Shown one piece after another: positions 36,762 to 46,701 of a stretch of DNA of 64,000 bases. Origin of the DNA: Desulfotomaculum sp. (GTDB lineage: Bacteria > Bacillota > Desulfotomaculia > Desulfotomaculales > Nap2-2B); assembly GCA_003485325.1 (NCBI GenBank), contig DMZI01000065.1, positions 506-64,505 of the forward strand, given 5' to 3'. Each line of letters begins with the position of its first letter. Positions within the stretch are counted from its first letter, which is position 1. The notes under the pieces are model-generated. The model was not told where the DNA came from. It worked only from the letters and a program-made list of their open reading frames with translations, and made no database searches. A program made the position numbers and the translations under genes.

Positions 36762-37971
36762 AAAGTACTTTGCAGAGGATATGCAGCAAGCAATTTCAGA
36801 AATAAAAAAAGACATGGGTTCAGAGGCGATTATCATCAGTCAGCGCAGAGTGCGGGGCAAAGGCGTTTTAGGATTTTTTGTCCAACGGCTGGAGGTTACC
36901 GCGGCGCTTGAAGAGAATAACAAAACCAGTTTTAGTTATGAACTGGAACAGGAACTGCAGCAAGATTTGCCTGAATCCGGGCAAAAGTTTCTAAACGGGA
37001 TGCAGTTTGAACAAAATGATTCTGTGGATGCAGAAGAAAGTATTGTACCCGAATCCGAATACAAGTTTAATCCCGCTTTCGCAGATCTGTCTTTATATGA
37101 AAAGGCGGATCCAAGCTTACCGATACAGGAAGAATTGAAGGAAATGAGGAGTTTGATTGAGCAAATGGTTTCTGCTCATGAGAATAGTAAAGGCGTCCGC
37201 AACGAACATTTGGAACTGTGGAGACATAAATTGCAAACACACGGTCTTGGGGAAGCTTCCATAGACATGCTTCTAAAAATTATTCCTGAAGACTCCTGGG
37301 AGGATGAAAAAAAAGTCAAAAGTCTTTTGACAGATTACTTGTCTGAACTGCTGAAACCTTTGTATAACGGAATACGACCGGGTCAGGTCTTGAGTTTCAT
37401 AGGCCCTACAGGTGTAGGCAAAACAACTACCCTGGCCAAGTTAGCTGCACAGCTGGCCTTAAATCAAAGGAAAAAGGTGGCTATTTTAACTATTGATACT
37501 TATCGAATTGGGGCGATTGAACAACTTCAAACATATGCTGAAATAATCGGTGTGCCCCTGCAGGTAGTTATGTCTCCTGACGAGTTTAAAGATGCGCTGC
37601 TGAAAAATGGAGACAGGGATTATATTCTTATTGATTCTGCGGGCCAGCCTTTCTCGAAGGATGATCAGTCTCAGGAATTGCAGGCATTCTTGCGGGAAGT
37701 AGACAAGCCCCATGATGTTTTTTTAGTCCTCAGCAGCAATACAAAAAGCGCTGATCTATTGCAGGCTGCAGCGTATTTTATGCCCTGCGGTTATAACAAG
37801 CTGATTTTTACTAAATCTGACGAGACGCTTTCGCAGGGTTCGATACTGGATGTGATTAATAAGGTTAAACTGCCGGTTATTTATATAACTAACGGCCAAA
37901 ACGTACCTGATGACATTTTGAAAATGGAATATCATAGTTTAGCTTCTTTTATACTGGACGGGGTTGATTAG
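36751..37971 (+). CDS. flhF: SRP-like GTPase FlhF
   Basis: FIGPTGVGKTTTLAKLAA, TIDTYRIGAIEQL and LIDSAGQ. Confidence 0.9.
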   Translation: MKVKKYFAEDMQQAISEIKKDMGSEAIIISQRRVRGKGVLGFFVQRLEVTAALEENNKTSFSYELEQELQQDLPESGQKFLNGMQFEQNDSVDAEESIVPESEYKFNPAFADLSLYEKADPSLPIQEELKEMRSLIEQMVSAHENSKGVRNEHLELWRHKLQTHGLGEASIDMLLKIIPEDSWEDEKKVKSLLTDYLSELLKPLYNGIRPGQVLSFIGPTGVGKTTTLAKLAAQLALNQRKKVAILTIDTYRIGAIEQLQTYAEIIGVPLQVVMSPDEFKDALLKNGDRDYILIDSAGQPFSKDDQSQELQAFLREVDKPHDVFLVLSSNTKSADLLQAAAYFMPCGYNKLIFTKSDETLSQGSILDVINKVKLPVIYITNGQNVPDDILKMEYHSLASFILDGVD

Positions 37972-37973
37972 AA

Positions 37974-38888
37974 GTGCCGGATGATCAGGCTGCCTCATTG
38001 AGAATATTGGCTAAAGAAAAAAGACTTGGCAAACAGAAATTGGGCTTTCCGGAGTCCGGAGGAGGTCCCGTTGTTATTGCTGTTACAAGCGGCAAGGGCG
38101 GAGTCGGTAAAACGAGTATGGTGGTTAACCTGGGGCTTCTTTTAGCCAAGCAGAGGGTTCGGACAGTAATTTTAGATGCAGACCTGGGCCTGGCTAATGT
38201 TGAAGTGCTGGTTGGAATTGTCCCGCCTTATTCTATTTATGATGTGCTGTACGGCAATAAAACCTTTCAGGACATCTTGATCAATGGCCCTTTTGATTTA
38301 CAGATTGTGTCCGGTGGTTCAGGTTTGCAGGAACTTGCCAATATAGAGCAGTCGCAGCGGGAAAGGCTGATCAGCAGTTTGGCTTTTTTCCAGGATAAAA
38401 CAGAAATTTTGTTAATTGATACGGGAGCGGGCATTTCACGTAACGTATTGGGATTTGTTGCAGCTGCCGGGGAAGTGATAGTGGTAGTTACACCGGAACC
38501 AACATCTTTAACTGACGCTTACAGTCTGATTAAAGTTTTAGCAAAATTCGAAGTACACGAAAGGGTTTTTTTTATTGTAAACCAGGCCTCAAGTGAACAG
38601 GAAGCTGTTTTAACGGCGGAAAGAATTATCCTGGTTACAAACAAGTTTTTGCGTAATATAAAGTTAGAATATTTAGGTTTTATTTTGAAGGATAATGTTG
38701 TTGTGGAGGCTGTAAAAAACCAGACTCCCTTTGTCATATTGCATCCAAACAGCCAGGCGACAAAAAGTCTTACTCAGATATCAATTGAACTAAATAATTT
38801 AATTGGAAGAAAGGATTACTTGACCGACTTTAAAGATCCTATTGGGATGAAATCATTTATACAAAAGCTGCTCAGACTCTATAAATAA
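37974..38888 (+). CDS. flhG: MinD-type ATPase FlhG (YlxH/FleN)
   Basis: Deviant Walker A TSGKGGVGKTS, position after flhF, and a C-terminal amphipathic tail. Confidence 0.9.
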   Translation: MPDDQAASLRILAKEKRLGKQKLGFPESGGGPVVIAVTSGKGGVGKTSMVVNLGLLLAKQRVRTVILDADLGLANVEVLVGIVPPYSIYDVLYGNKTFQDILINGPFDLQIVSGGSGLQELANIEQSQRERLISSLAFFQDKTEILLIDTGAGISRNVLGFVAAAGEVIVVVTPEPTSLTDAYSLIKVLAKFEVHERVFFIVNQASSEQEAVLTAERIILVTNKFLRNIKLEYLGFILKDNVVVEAVKNQTPFVILHPNSQATKSLTQISIELNNLIGRKDYLTDFKDPIGMKSFIQKLLRLYK

Positions 38889-38929
38889 CCAAGGTTAATA
38901 ATATAATAAACAAAAAAAAGGAGCCAAAG

Positions 38930-39607
38930 TTGTCAAAAGAAACACTAAATGAGCAAGTTCAATTAAGAATCAACCTTCCGGTAAGGATCGCCAGAAGCAA
39001 TGAGAAAGCTTTTTATTCTTCTACCATACAGGATATCGGAGATGATTTTGTTACAATTATGGCGCCTCTACAAGAGGGCTATCCCTTGCTCCTTCAGCCA
39101 GGTGAAAGAATAATGGGGCGCTTTACTCAGGGCAGGAAAAGTTTTTATTTTTATACGTTTGTTTTAGGCAGGCATAAAGAAAACGGGATAATTTTCTTAG
39201 AGCTATCGATGCCTGAAGAAATAAAAGAAGATCAGCAAAGATTGGCTATTCGCCTTCCTATTCTTCTGGATATAGAAAAATCCGCGTTATCCTCAGTAAA
39301 AGAAGGCGAAGAACCGGTTTACGAAAAGACAAAAGCTCTTGACTTAAGCGCAGGGGGAATGAAAATAACAAGCAACCTCGAGTACCCAATAGGGACTATA
39401 TTTTCAATTCGATTTTCCCTTGAATTTAACGGAAGCGGGATCAGTCAGTCCGTGCAGTTTATAACAAGAGCTCTTTTAGTATATTGCAAGGAAATAGAAA
39501 AACGGAAGCTTTACCACATTGGGGTTGAATTTATCGATTTGAAGGAACCCCAAAGGGACAAAATATTTAAATTTATTTTTAACAAGATGTCTAAAAGAAT
39601 GGTTTAA
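38930..39607 (+). CDS. PilZ-domain flagellar brake-type c-di-GMP receptor (YcgR/MotI-like)
   Basis: An N-terminal YcgR-like barrel is followed by a PilZ domain with both binding motifs: RxxxR (QRLAIRLP) and DxSxxG (DLSAGGMKI). Confidence 0.8.
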   Translation: MSKETLNEQVQLRINLPVRIARSNEKAFYSSTIQDIGDDFVTIMAPLQEGYPLLLQPGERIMGRFTQGRKSFYFYTFVLGRHKENGIIFLELSMPEEIKEDQQRLAIRLPILLDIEKSALSSVKEGEEPVYEKTKALDLSAGGMKITSNLEYPIGTIFSIRFSLEFNGSGISQSVQFITRALLVYCKEIEKRKLYHIGVEFIDLKEPQRDKIFKFIFNKMSKRMV

Positions 39608-39622
39608 CGCAGGAGAGATAAT

Positions 39623-40360
39623 ATGGAAGCGAAAGAAAAGGAGCTTTGGGAACAGTACCAAAGAAATCCCGATTTCCAGACAAAAGAAAAACTAGTCACG
39701 AATTACCTGCCGCTTGTTAAATATTTAGCTGGCAGGATGGCCATTCATTTGCCGGCAGGTATTGGCAAGGAAGACCTGGAGAGTTGCGGGGTTATGGGCT
39801 TACTGGAAGCAATAAAGAAGTTTGTTCCTGAAAGGGGAACAAATTTTACAAGCTTTGCTCAACAACGAATTAAAGGGGCAATGATTGATGAGATACGCCG
39901 GCTCTCCTGGGTTCCCCGCCGTTTATGGCAGCAGATTAATATGGTTGAACAAGCAAAAAAAGAAATTACACTGGCTGGCAAAGAGGTTAATGAAAGCAAT
40001 TTGATAGAAAAAACCGGCCTTTCGCAAGAAAACCTGAAAAAAATAAATGGATTCTCCAAACAGATGCAGGTTACCTCTTTAGATCAGGATAATTTTTTAG
40101 AAGGTAAAAACCTGCTTGAATTTACCAATTCCGAACCGCTTGATGTCGTGCTGAAAAACGAAAAACATGAAATTCTTACACGGGCTATTTCCTTTTTAGA
40201 AAGCAGGGACAAGCTTATTTTAGCCTTGTACTATCAGGAAAGGCTCACTTTAAAAGAAATAAGTCTGGTATTGAATGTTACCGAGTCGAGAGTTTGTCAG
40301 CTGCATTCGCGGGCTATCTCACGTTTACGCGATAAACTGAAGGAGATGTCATATGTCTGA
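39623..40360 (+). CDS. fliA: Flagellar sigma factor sigma-28 (FliA/SigD)
   Basis: Region 2 (YLPLVKYLAGRM, FTSFAQQRIKGAMIDEIR) and the region 4 HTH (LTLKEISLVLNVTESRVCQLHSRAI). Confidence 0.9.
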   Translation: MEAKEKELWEQYQRNPDFQTKEKLVTNYLPLVKYLAGRMAIHLPAGIGKEDLESCGVMGLLEAIKKFVPERGTNFTSFAQQRIKGAMIDEIRRLSWVPRRLWQQINMVEQAKKEITLAGKEVNESNLIEKTGLSQENLKKINGFSKQMQVTSLDQDNFLEGKNLLEFTNSEPLDVVLKNEKHEILTRAISFLESRDKLILALYYQERLTLKEISLVLNVTESRVCQLHSRAISRLRDKLKEMSYV

Positions 40361-40844
40361 TCTCATGGATATCATAAATTTACTAATCAATTTTTTTCAG
40401 GCCCAGAAGCTTTATATCTGCCTTGGGCTAGGGTTGTTCGTTTTAATAATAGGAGTTGTTTTAACGTTTGTTCTAAGGAATATTGCAAGAGCCGAAAAAG
40501 ATCAAAAAGAAACAACCGATAACCAGGCCAAGCTAAAAAATCTTCAGGATCTGCATCATATCGGAGATGAAAGGGAAATACCAGACGAACTTTTAACGAA
40601 AATTAATAAACTGATGGAGCTTGGAGAACAAATAAAAGACTCGTTAGCAAGGATCGAAAGCAATCAGGCTAAAGCTTTGAATAACTATCCTGAGGAAAGC
40701 CTTCTAACCCTGGATGAACGTATTTATCAAGCTTATAAAAAGGGACTGGGGGTTTCGGAACTAGCTGTCGAGTTCGGACGGCCCAAGGGAGAAGTAGAAT
40801 TAATTTTAAATTTGTATAAAAGTAAATTAAGGAAGGAGGGTTAA
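40353..40844 (+). CDS. Hypothetical single-pass membrane protein in the SwrB position (163 aa)
   Basis: It overlaps the fliA stop. It has an N-terminal TM segment (LYICLGLGLFVLIIGVVLTFVL), a charged coil, and a C-terminal HTH-like segment (YKKGLGVSELAVEFGRPKGEVELILN). Confidence 0.45.
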   Translation: MSDLMDIINLLINFFQAQKLYICLGLGLFVLIIGVVLTFVLRNIARAEKDQKETTDNQAKLKNLQDLHHIGDEREIPDELLTKINKLMELGEQIKDSLARIESNQAKALNNYPEESLLTLDERIYQAYKKGLGVSELAVEFGRPKGEVELILNLYKSKLRKEG

Positions 40845-40845
40845 A

Positions 40846-41613
40846 GTGATTCAGGGAATATTCATCAGTTCAGCCGCACTTAATGTTCAGCAGGAGAGAC
40901 TGGACCTTTTGTCTCAAGATTTGGAAAATATTAATACTTGCGGTTATAAAAAGAGATCTTTGATTATTGAAAACAGTTTCAAGGATTTAGTTAATGATAA
41001 CACAGAAAGTATGGATGGTAAAAATTCAGAAGATATACCAGATATTAACAACGGCAATCTAATTCCCTTTATCGCCCAGGGTTTTACAGACTTTTCCCCT
41101 GCAGTCGCGAAGGAAACAAAAGTACCGACCGATTTTATACTGAATTCGGAAGGTTTCTTTGTTATCCAGACTCCGGATAAAGAGCAATACACCAGGAACG
41201 GGTCCTTTTTAATCGACGCTGATGGTTATCTTGTGACCATGTCCGGAAACAAGGTTTTGGGGAAAGATGGATCGCTTAAGGTAGGCGGCCGGGATTTTCT
41301 TCTGGAAAAAGACGGCAGCATTACTGTCAATGGACAATTGGCAGGTAAAATTAAAGTTGTTACATTTAATGAACCACAGTTGCTTCTGGACGAGGGTAGC
41401 GGCTGCTTTAGCCAGCCGCCTCAAGGAGCCGGACTGAAGGAAGAAGAAAATCCGCAGGTTAGCCGGGGATTTTTGGAACAAGCAAATGTTGACCTTACCG
41501 ATGATATGGTTAAAATGATCGAAATCTCCAGGACGTACGAAGCTAATCAGCGTGTATTCCACACTCAAGATGATTTATTGGGGAAGGCAATACAGATAGG
41601 TAACGCAAAATAA
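40846..41613 (+). CDS. flgG: Distal rod protein FlgG/FlgF family
   Basis: N-terminal LSQDLENINTCGYKK and C-terminal LEQANVDLTDDMVKMIEISRTYEANQRV. Confidence 0.8.
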   Translation: MIQGIFISSAALNVQQERLDLLSQDLENINTCGYKKRSLIIENSFKDLVNDNTESMDGKNSEDIPDINNGNLIPFIAQGFTDFSPAVAKETKVPTDFILNSEGFFVIQTPDKEQYTRNGSFLIDADGYLVTMSGNKVLGKDGSLKVGGRDFLLEKDGSITVNGQLAGKIKVVTFNEPQLLLDEGSGCFSQPPQGAGLKEEENPQVSRGFLEQANVDLTDDMVKMIEISRTYEANQRVFHTQDDLLGKAIQIGNAK

Positions 41614-41745
41614 AAAAGCCCAAAAAGAGCAACTTCTAAATTGGTTGTTGAAGAACACAGGTTTTTTAGAAAGTATTTTTTGAATTAGACAAGGAAGGCA
41701 ACTGTCTGGGAGGTTTAATCTGTCCCGTTAAAGGGGGAATAACAA

Positions 41746-42339
41746 TTGGACGATATTCAATTAGATGCTTTAAGGGAAACATGTAACATAGGTCTGGGCC
41801 ATGCCAGTACAGCCCTTGCTGCCATGACCGGCAAGAAAATAGATATGGCCGTTCCGAGAGCTTCCTTTTTGCCCCTGGAAGAAGCAGTATCCCTTGGGGG
41901 TGAACCGGAAAAAGAAGTATCCTGTATTAATATGTCAATAACAGGTGATATTCCAGGTTTGGTTATTTTTATGTTTGACGCTCCCAGTACCTTTATGCTT
42001 GTGGATATGGTTTCGGGTCTGCCCGAAGGGACTACCGGAGAACTTGATGAGATGTCAAAGTCTGTAATCAGGGAAACGGGCAACATTCTGTCAGGTTCTT
42101 TTATTAGCGCAATAGGCAACCTGACAGGTCTGAAAATGTACACCGAGGTGCCTGAACTTGCTTTTGACATGCTGTGTGCAACTTTGTGCAGCGCGCTGAC
42201 ACAGCATAATTATACCGATGACCAGCTTCTGCTAATTGAAACTATTATAGGTGAAATTGACAGGCAAATAAAGGGCTATTTTTTCTTCATGACTTCTCCG
42301 GAAAATCTGGAAAAGCTCTTCAAAGCATTACTATTTTAA
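41746..42339 (+). CDS. cheC: CheY-P phosphatase CheC
   Basis: LDALRETCNIGLGHASTALA and a second repeat VIRETGNILSGSF (the duplicated CheC fold). Confidence 0.8.
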   Translation: MDDIQLDALRETCNIGLGHASTALAAMTGKKIDMAVPRASFLPLEEAVSLGGEPEKEVSCINMSITGDIPGLVIFMFDAPSTFMLVDMVSGLPEGTTGELDEMSKSVIRETGNILSGSFISAIGNLTGLKMYTEVPELAFDMLCATLCSALTQHNYTDDQLLLIETIIGEIDRQIKGYFFFMTSPENLEKLFKALLF

Positions 42340-42355
42340 AGGAGAGTACAAAAAT

Positions 42356-42721
42356 ATGAGGCGCATTTTAATTGTTGACGATGCCGCTTTTATGCGGATG
42401 ATGATCAAGAACATTGTTGTAAAAAATAGTTACGAAGTTGTTGGTGAAGCGGAAAACGGCGCTGTTGCGTACGAGTTGTATAAGGAGTTAAAACCAGATG
42501 TAGTGACTATGGACATAACAATGCCGGAAGTAAACGGGATTGAAGGAATTAAAAAGATTCGCGAGTTTGATCCCAAGGCAAAAATAATCGTTTGCAGCGC
42601 AATGGGGCAGGAAGCAATAGTAATGGAAGCTATCCAGGCGGGTGCAAAAGATTTTATTGTCAAGCCTTTTCAACAGGAACGCATATTGCAAGCCCTGGAA
42701 AGGGTTCAGGCCCGCGCATAG
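42356..42721 (+). CDS. cheY: Chemotaxis response regulator CheY
   Basis: RILIVDDAAFMR, DITMPEVNGIE and KDFIVKPF, in 121 aa. Confidence 0.9.
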   Translation: MRRILIVDDAAFMRMMIKNIVVKNSYEVVGEAENGAVAYELYKELKPDVVTMDITMPEVNGIEGIKKIREFDPKAKIIVCSAMGQEAIVMEAIQAGAKDFIVKPFQQERILQALERVQARA

Positions 42722-42735
42722 TTGGGGATGATTAA

Positions 42736-43716
42736 GTGAAAGAAAAAGAGATTCTTTCCCAGTCTGAAATTGATGCCCTGCTTACTGATATTTCAACTGG
42801 AAAAGCAGAGGTTACCGATTTTAAGGAAGCAGAAAAAGCAGAAAAGAAACTTCATTATAAGTTTTACGATTTCCGGAGCCCAGATAAATTTTCTAAAGAA
42901 CAACTTCGTACCTTGAGTACTCTACATGACAATTTTGCACGCTTGCTGTCAAGCTTTCTATCGGCTTACCTTCGTTATAACTGCAACGTACGGGTGGCTT
43001 CAGTCGAGCAGTTTACCTTTGATGATTTCATCCGTTCCGTACCAACACCAACAATTTTAAATGTTTTTTCTGCAAAACCTTGCAAGGGACTTGCCATAAT
43101 GGAAACAAACCCTCAATTCATATTTCCTGTTATAGACCTGATGTTTGGTGGTTCTGGTGAAATGCCATCACAGGTCCGCAATCTTACTGAAATAGAGATG
43201 TCCGTTGTGCGTCAGCTGAATACACAGATTTTAAGCTACCTCAAGCTGGCCTGGACAGACGTTTTTGACATTATACCGCAGCTTGAGGCAATAGAGGCCA
43301 ATCCGCGGCTTTATCAGGTTGTTTCTCCCGCAGAAATAGTTGCCGTTGTTACTCTTACTACTGTATTAGGTCCTACACGGGGACTGATTAATTTTTGCTT
43401 TCCGTACCTCTTGCTTGAGCCCGTGTTATCCAATATCTCCAAGTATTATAGTTTTAACCAGACCTTTGAGGTTAGTGAAGAGGTAAAAAACATACGTTAC
43501 TGGATTGAAAAGGCCGAGGTTGATTTAAGCGTCGTTCTGGGTGACGCCGTTATAATGGTCAGAGACTTTCTTACGCTATCGGAGGGGGACGTGTTATCCC
43601 TGGACAAGCAAATCAACCAGGAGTTGGACATGTACGTTGGAGACCAGTTGAAATTTAAAGTGCAGGCGGGTTATTTGAAGCGGAACCTGGCAATTCAGGT
43701 AAATGCCCTCAGTTAG
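42736..43716 (+). CDS. fliM: Switch protein FliM
   Basis: N-terminal CheY-P-binding LSQSEIDALL and the FliM middle domain (FSKEQLRTLSTLHDNFAR). Confidence 0.9.
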   Translation: MKEKEILSQSEIDALLTDISTGKAEVTDFKEAEKAEKKLHYKFYDFRSPDKFSKEQLRTLSTLHDNFARLLSSFLSAYLRYNCNVRVASVEQFTFDDFIRSVPTPTILNVFSAKPCKGLAIMETNPQFIFPVIDLMFGGSGEMPSQVRNLTEIEMSVVRQLNTQILSYLKLAWTDVFDIIPQLEAIEANPRLYQVVSPAEIVAVVTLTTVLGPTRGLINFCFPYLLLEPVLSNISKYYSFNQTFEVSEEVKNIRYWIEKAEVDLSVVLGDAVIMVRDFLTLSEGDVLSLDKQINQELDMYVGDQLKFKVQAGYLKRNLAIQVNALS

Positions 43717-43731
43717 AAAGGTGGATAATAA

Positions 43732-44811
43732 ATGGCGAAGAATATCCTCAATCAGGACGAGATAGACGCTCTTTTAGGCGGCCAGAACAGCCGGCAAAGT
43801 AAAGTTTCTTCGGCAGGTGAAAGTTTAACGGATCTAGAGAAAGATGCGCTGGGTGAGATAGGCAATATATCTCTTGGAGCTGCCGCGACGACCCTTTCAC
43901 AATTGTTTAGCCAAAAAGTAAACATAACCAGTCCAAGGATTAACGTTTGTTTAACCGAAGAACTAAGGGATTTTTTCGTCACGCCTTGCCTTGCCGTTGA
44001 TATTGAATTTATAGAAGGGTTATCCGGTTTTAATGTCCTGGTTCTCAAACAGTCTGATGCTGCTATTATGACTGACCTTATGATGGGCGGAGAAGGCAAA
44101 AAAACACTGCCGGAGGGTGAACTGATGTCCGAGATGGAAATAAGCGCCGCTGCCGAAGCCATGAACCAAATGATTGGAACTGCTGCTACCTCGATGTCGG
44201 GTCTATTCGGTTTTGCCGTTAACATTTCACCGCCCCGGACAGAATTTCTTAAAGAAAATTCTTTTTCCGCGGTACTCAGCCATTGCCAGGATAACATAGT
44301 AGCAATTTTTTTTCGCTTAACAATTGGGGATATATTAGATACCGAATTTGTACAGGTAATGGAAGTAAATACAGCAAAAAAACAGGCCTCAATATTATAT
44401 AAGAAATACAACCAGGAATACACTCAGGAAGAAGAAGGATTGTCTGAACAGGAAGAGGAAGATTTACAGGAAGACCAGCAGGAAGAACTGTTTATTTTAA
44501 CAGAAGAAATGAAGAAGGCAGTTCCTGATTCGACAAAAGACGGAATAAAACAAAAAATGGACCTCATCCTGGATATCCCTTTAAGGGTCACAGTTCTTTT
44601 GGGAACTGCCAAACGTCCAATTAAAGATGTTCTGTCCATTACTCCCGGTTCAATTGTAGAACTGGCATCCTTAGTTGACGAACCGGTTGAAATACTCGTT
44701 AATGAAACCCTGGTTGCTAAAGGGGAAGTAGTTGTTGTTGACGAGAACTTCGGTGTCCGTATTACCAATATAATCAGTCCCGAAGAAAGGATAAAGTACT
44801 TGTCCCGATAA
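43732..44811 (+). CDS. fliY: Switch protein FliY (CheC-like domain fused to the FliN SpoA domain)
   Basis: LNQDEIDALLGG, CheC-like repeats (DALGEIGNISLGAAATTLS; AAEAMNQMIGTAATS), an acidic linker, and the C-terminal SpoA domain (LRVTVLLGTAKRPIKDVLSITPGSIVELA...AKGEVVVVDENFGVRITNI). Confidence 0.9.
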   Translation: MAKNILNQDEIDALLGGQNSRQSKVSSAGESLTDLEKDALGEIGNISLGAAATTLSQLFSQKVNITSPRINVCLTEELRDFFVTPCLAVDIEFIEGLSGFNVLVLKQSDAAIMTDLMMGGEGKKTLPEGELMSEMEISAAAEAMNQMIGTAATSMSGLFGFAVNISPPRTEFLKENSFSAVLSHCQDNIVAIFFRLTIGDILDTEFVQVMEVNTAKKQASILYKKYNQEYTQEEEGLSEQEEEDLQEDQQEELFILTEEMKKAVPDSTKDGIKQKMDLILDIPLRVTVLLGTAKRPIKDVLSITPGSIVELASLVDEPVEILVNETLVAKGEVVVVDENFGVRITNIISPEERIKYLSR

Positions 44812-44837
44812 ATGCCCCCATAAAGCGGAGGTTGTAA

Positions 44838-45326
44838 TTGTTTATGGATGCTTTAGAAATTCCTATAGGTATTGCCGAATATAAAGTAACCAGAGAGCCA
44901 AATCGTTTAATAACGCTAGGACTCGGCTCCTGTGTCGGGGTTAGCATATACGATACTGTTGCCCGGGTAGGAGGATTAATTCACATTATGCTTCCCGACA
45001 GTACTTTATTTGAAAAGCAAACCTCAAAAACAGGCAAGTTTGCCGACACCGGAATTCCTTTGATGATCCGCGATATGCTAACCTACGGTGTTAAAATAAA
45101 TAATCTGGAAGCTAAACTGGTTGGCGGCGCACAAATGTTTGACGGTGTTGATCATTTCAGAATAGGCCAGCGGAATGTTGAGAAAAGCGACCATATATTA
45201 AGCCGGATCGGGATTAGGGTAGTAGCCAGGGAAACCGGCGGCAACAAGGGAAGAACAATGATTCTGGATACGGTTACAGGACAGGTGACCATCCGCCTGT
45301 TAGGGAAGCAGATAAAAATTATCTAA
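44838..45326 (+). CDS. cheD: Chemoreceptor glutamine deamidase CheD
   Basis: LITLGLGSCVGVSIYD and GGLIHIMLP, in 162 aa. Confidence 0.9.
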   Translation: MFMDALEIPIGIAEYKVTREPNRLITLGLGSCVGVSIYDTVARVGGLIHIMLPDSTLFEKQTSKTGKFADTGIPLMIRDMLTYGVKINNLEAKLVGGAQMFDGVDHFRIGQRNVEKSDHILSRIGIRVVARETGGNKGRTMILDTVTGQVTIRLLGKQIKII

Positions 45327-45344
45327 TAGGGTTTTATTTTCTAT

Positions 45345-45385
45345 AAAAATAAGTCCCGTTGGGTGACCAACGGGACTTATTTTTA
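45345..45385. terminator. Bidirectional rho-independent terminator between cheD and the convergent MFS gene
   Basis: aagtcccgttgg-gtga-ccaacgggactt is a 12-bp stem flanked by an A-run and a T-run. Confidence 0.75.
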
Positions 45386-45400
45386 AATGTTTAATCTATG

Positions 45401-46651
45401 CTACGCCTTACGGGGAGGATGCATTAGCAATAAGGCTACGATAAAACCAACCACGGCCAGAATCGTAACATACGGGAAAAATACCGATACGTAGCTACCC
45501 GTGATGTCACGCAGTTTGCCCGCCAGCAGGTTGCCAATGATGGCGCCGATGCCGTAAGCTGTAAAGACTAGTCCATAGTTTGGCCCATAATTCTTTGTGC
45601 CGAAAAAAGCGCCGGTGGCAGCGGGAGCAATGGCCAACCAACCCCCGAGGCAGAGCCAGAGCAAACTGAAACAGATTCCATATAATGATGCGGAGCCAGA
45701 CCCGGAGAACTTGCCAAGCAGAATGGCGGCGACGAAGATAATTACAAAGCTCAAAGCAGCCGCGTTGCGGGCGCTTATTTTATCCACCAAAGCTCCGAAT
45801 ATGGGCCGGCCGATGCCGTTGAAGATAGCGAATATAGATACGAACATAGCTGCTGATGTAGCATCCAGCTTAAAGAGTTCCTGACCGACAGGGCTTGCGA
45901 CACCAATCGCCATCAATCCGGCAAGAGTGCCGATGATGTAGCAAAACCATACGCCATAAAAACTTCCCGTGGACAGCATTTGACCGGTCGTAAAGTCTGC
46001 TTTCACGCCGGCGGCGGCAGCTGGCGGGTTCCAGCCTTCTGGTTTAAAGCCAGCCGGTGGGAACTTTAAGGGAAGACCGAGAATGGCGATGAGAATTAAA
46101 AAGGCAATTCCAAATTGAAACATTGCTGCTAATGGACCCGCTGACGCAATTATTGACTTGGCCAGGGGGGCGGTAATAAACGGTGACAGGCCGAATCCTA
46201 AAACAGTCAGTCCTACAGCCAAGCCCCGCTTATCAGGGAACCACCTTCCACACACACCGATGGGGCAGTTATAAACAATTCCTACTCCAATTCCGCCTAT
46301 AACTCCGTAATAGATGGCCAGCTGGGACATGCTGGTGGCCTTGCCTCCCATAATCCAGCCTATTCCTACGATAATGCCGCCCAGAATTGTGAACAGCCTT
46401 GGACCGAGTTTGTCCAGTAACGGGCCAATAATGGGCATTATAATAGCAAATAAAGCGAGGAAAAGAATAAACGGCAACAAGCTTTCGGTAGCGCCTACGC
46501 TAAAAAGCTTCTCCAAAGGTTTCCTGAATACGCTCCAGGAGTAAACAGCACCCAAGCAAATATTAATAATTAGACCTAGAATTACAAAAATCCAACGACC
46601 AGCTTCTGCTTTCATACCAAAAACTTTTACGTCGTCAGCCAATACTTGCAC
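45401..46651 (-). CDS. MFS transporter, oxalate/formate-antiporter (OFA)-like
   Basis: Twelve predicted TM segments and the OFA-type N-terminus (GAVYSWSVFRKPL). The exact start is uncertain (a TTG 8 nt after AGGAGG, or an internal ATG). Confidence 0.75.
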   Translation of the reverse strand: MQVLADDVKVFGMKAEAGRWIFVILGLIINICLGAVYSWSVFRKPLEKLFSVGATESLLPFILFLALFAIIMPIIGPLLDKLGPRLFTILGGIIVGIGWIMGGKATSMSQLAIYYGVIGGIGVGIVYNCPIGVCGRWFPDKRGLAVGLTVLGFGLSPFITAPLAKSIIASAGPLAAMFQFGIAFLILIAILGLPLKFPPAGFKPEGWNPPAAAAGVKADFTTGQMLSTGSFYGVWFCYIIGTLAGLMAIGVASPVGQELFKLDATSAAMFVSIFAIFNGIGRPIFGALVDKISARNAAALSFVIIFVAAILLGKFSGSGSASLYGICFSLLWLCLGGWLAIAPAATGAFFGTKNYGPNYGLVFTAYGIGAIIGNLLAGKLRDITGSYVSVFFPYVTILAVVGFIVALLLMHPPRKA

Positions 46652-46701
46652 CTCCTGTTTAATTTGTTTTCGTATAGACTAAAAAGTATACGTTAAAGAT
46701 T

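Noticed and set aside
43752-44768. Minus-strand ORFs of 223 and 114 aa antisense to fliY.
   Set aside because: The sense strand encodes a complete FliY with CheC-like and SpoA domains. The antisense products are Ser-rich nonsense with no start context.
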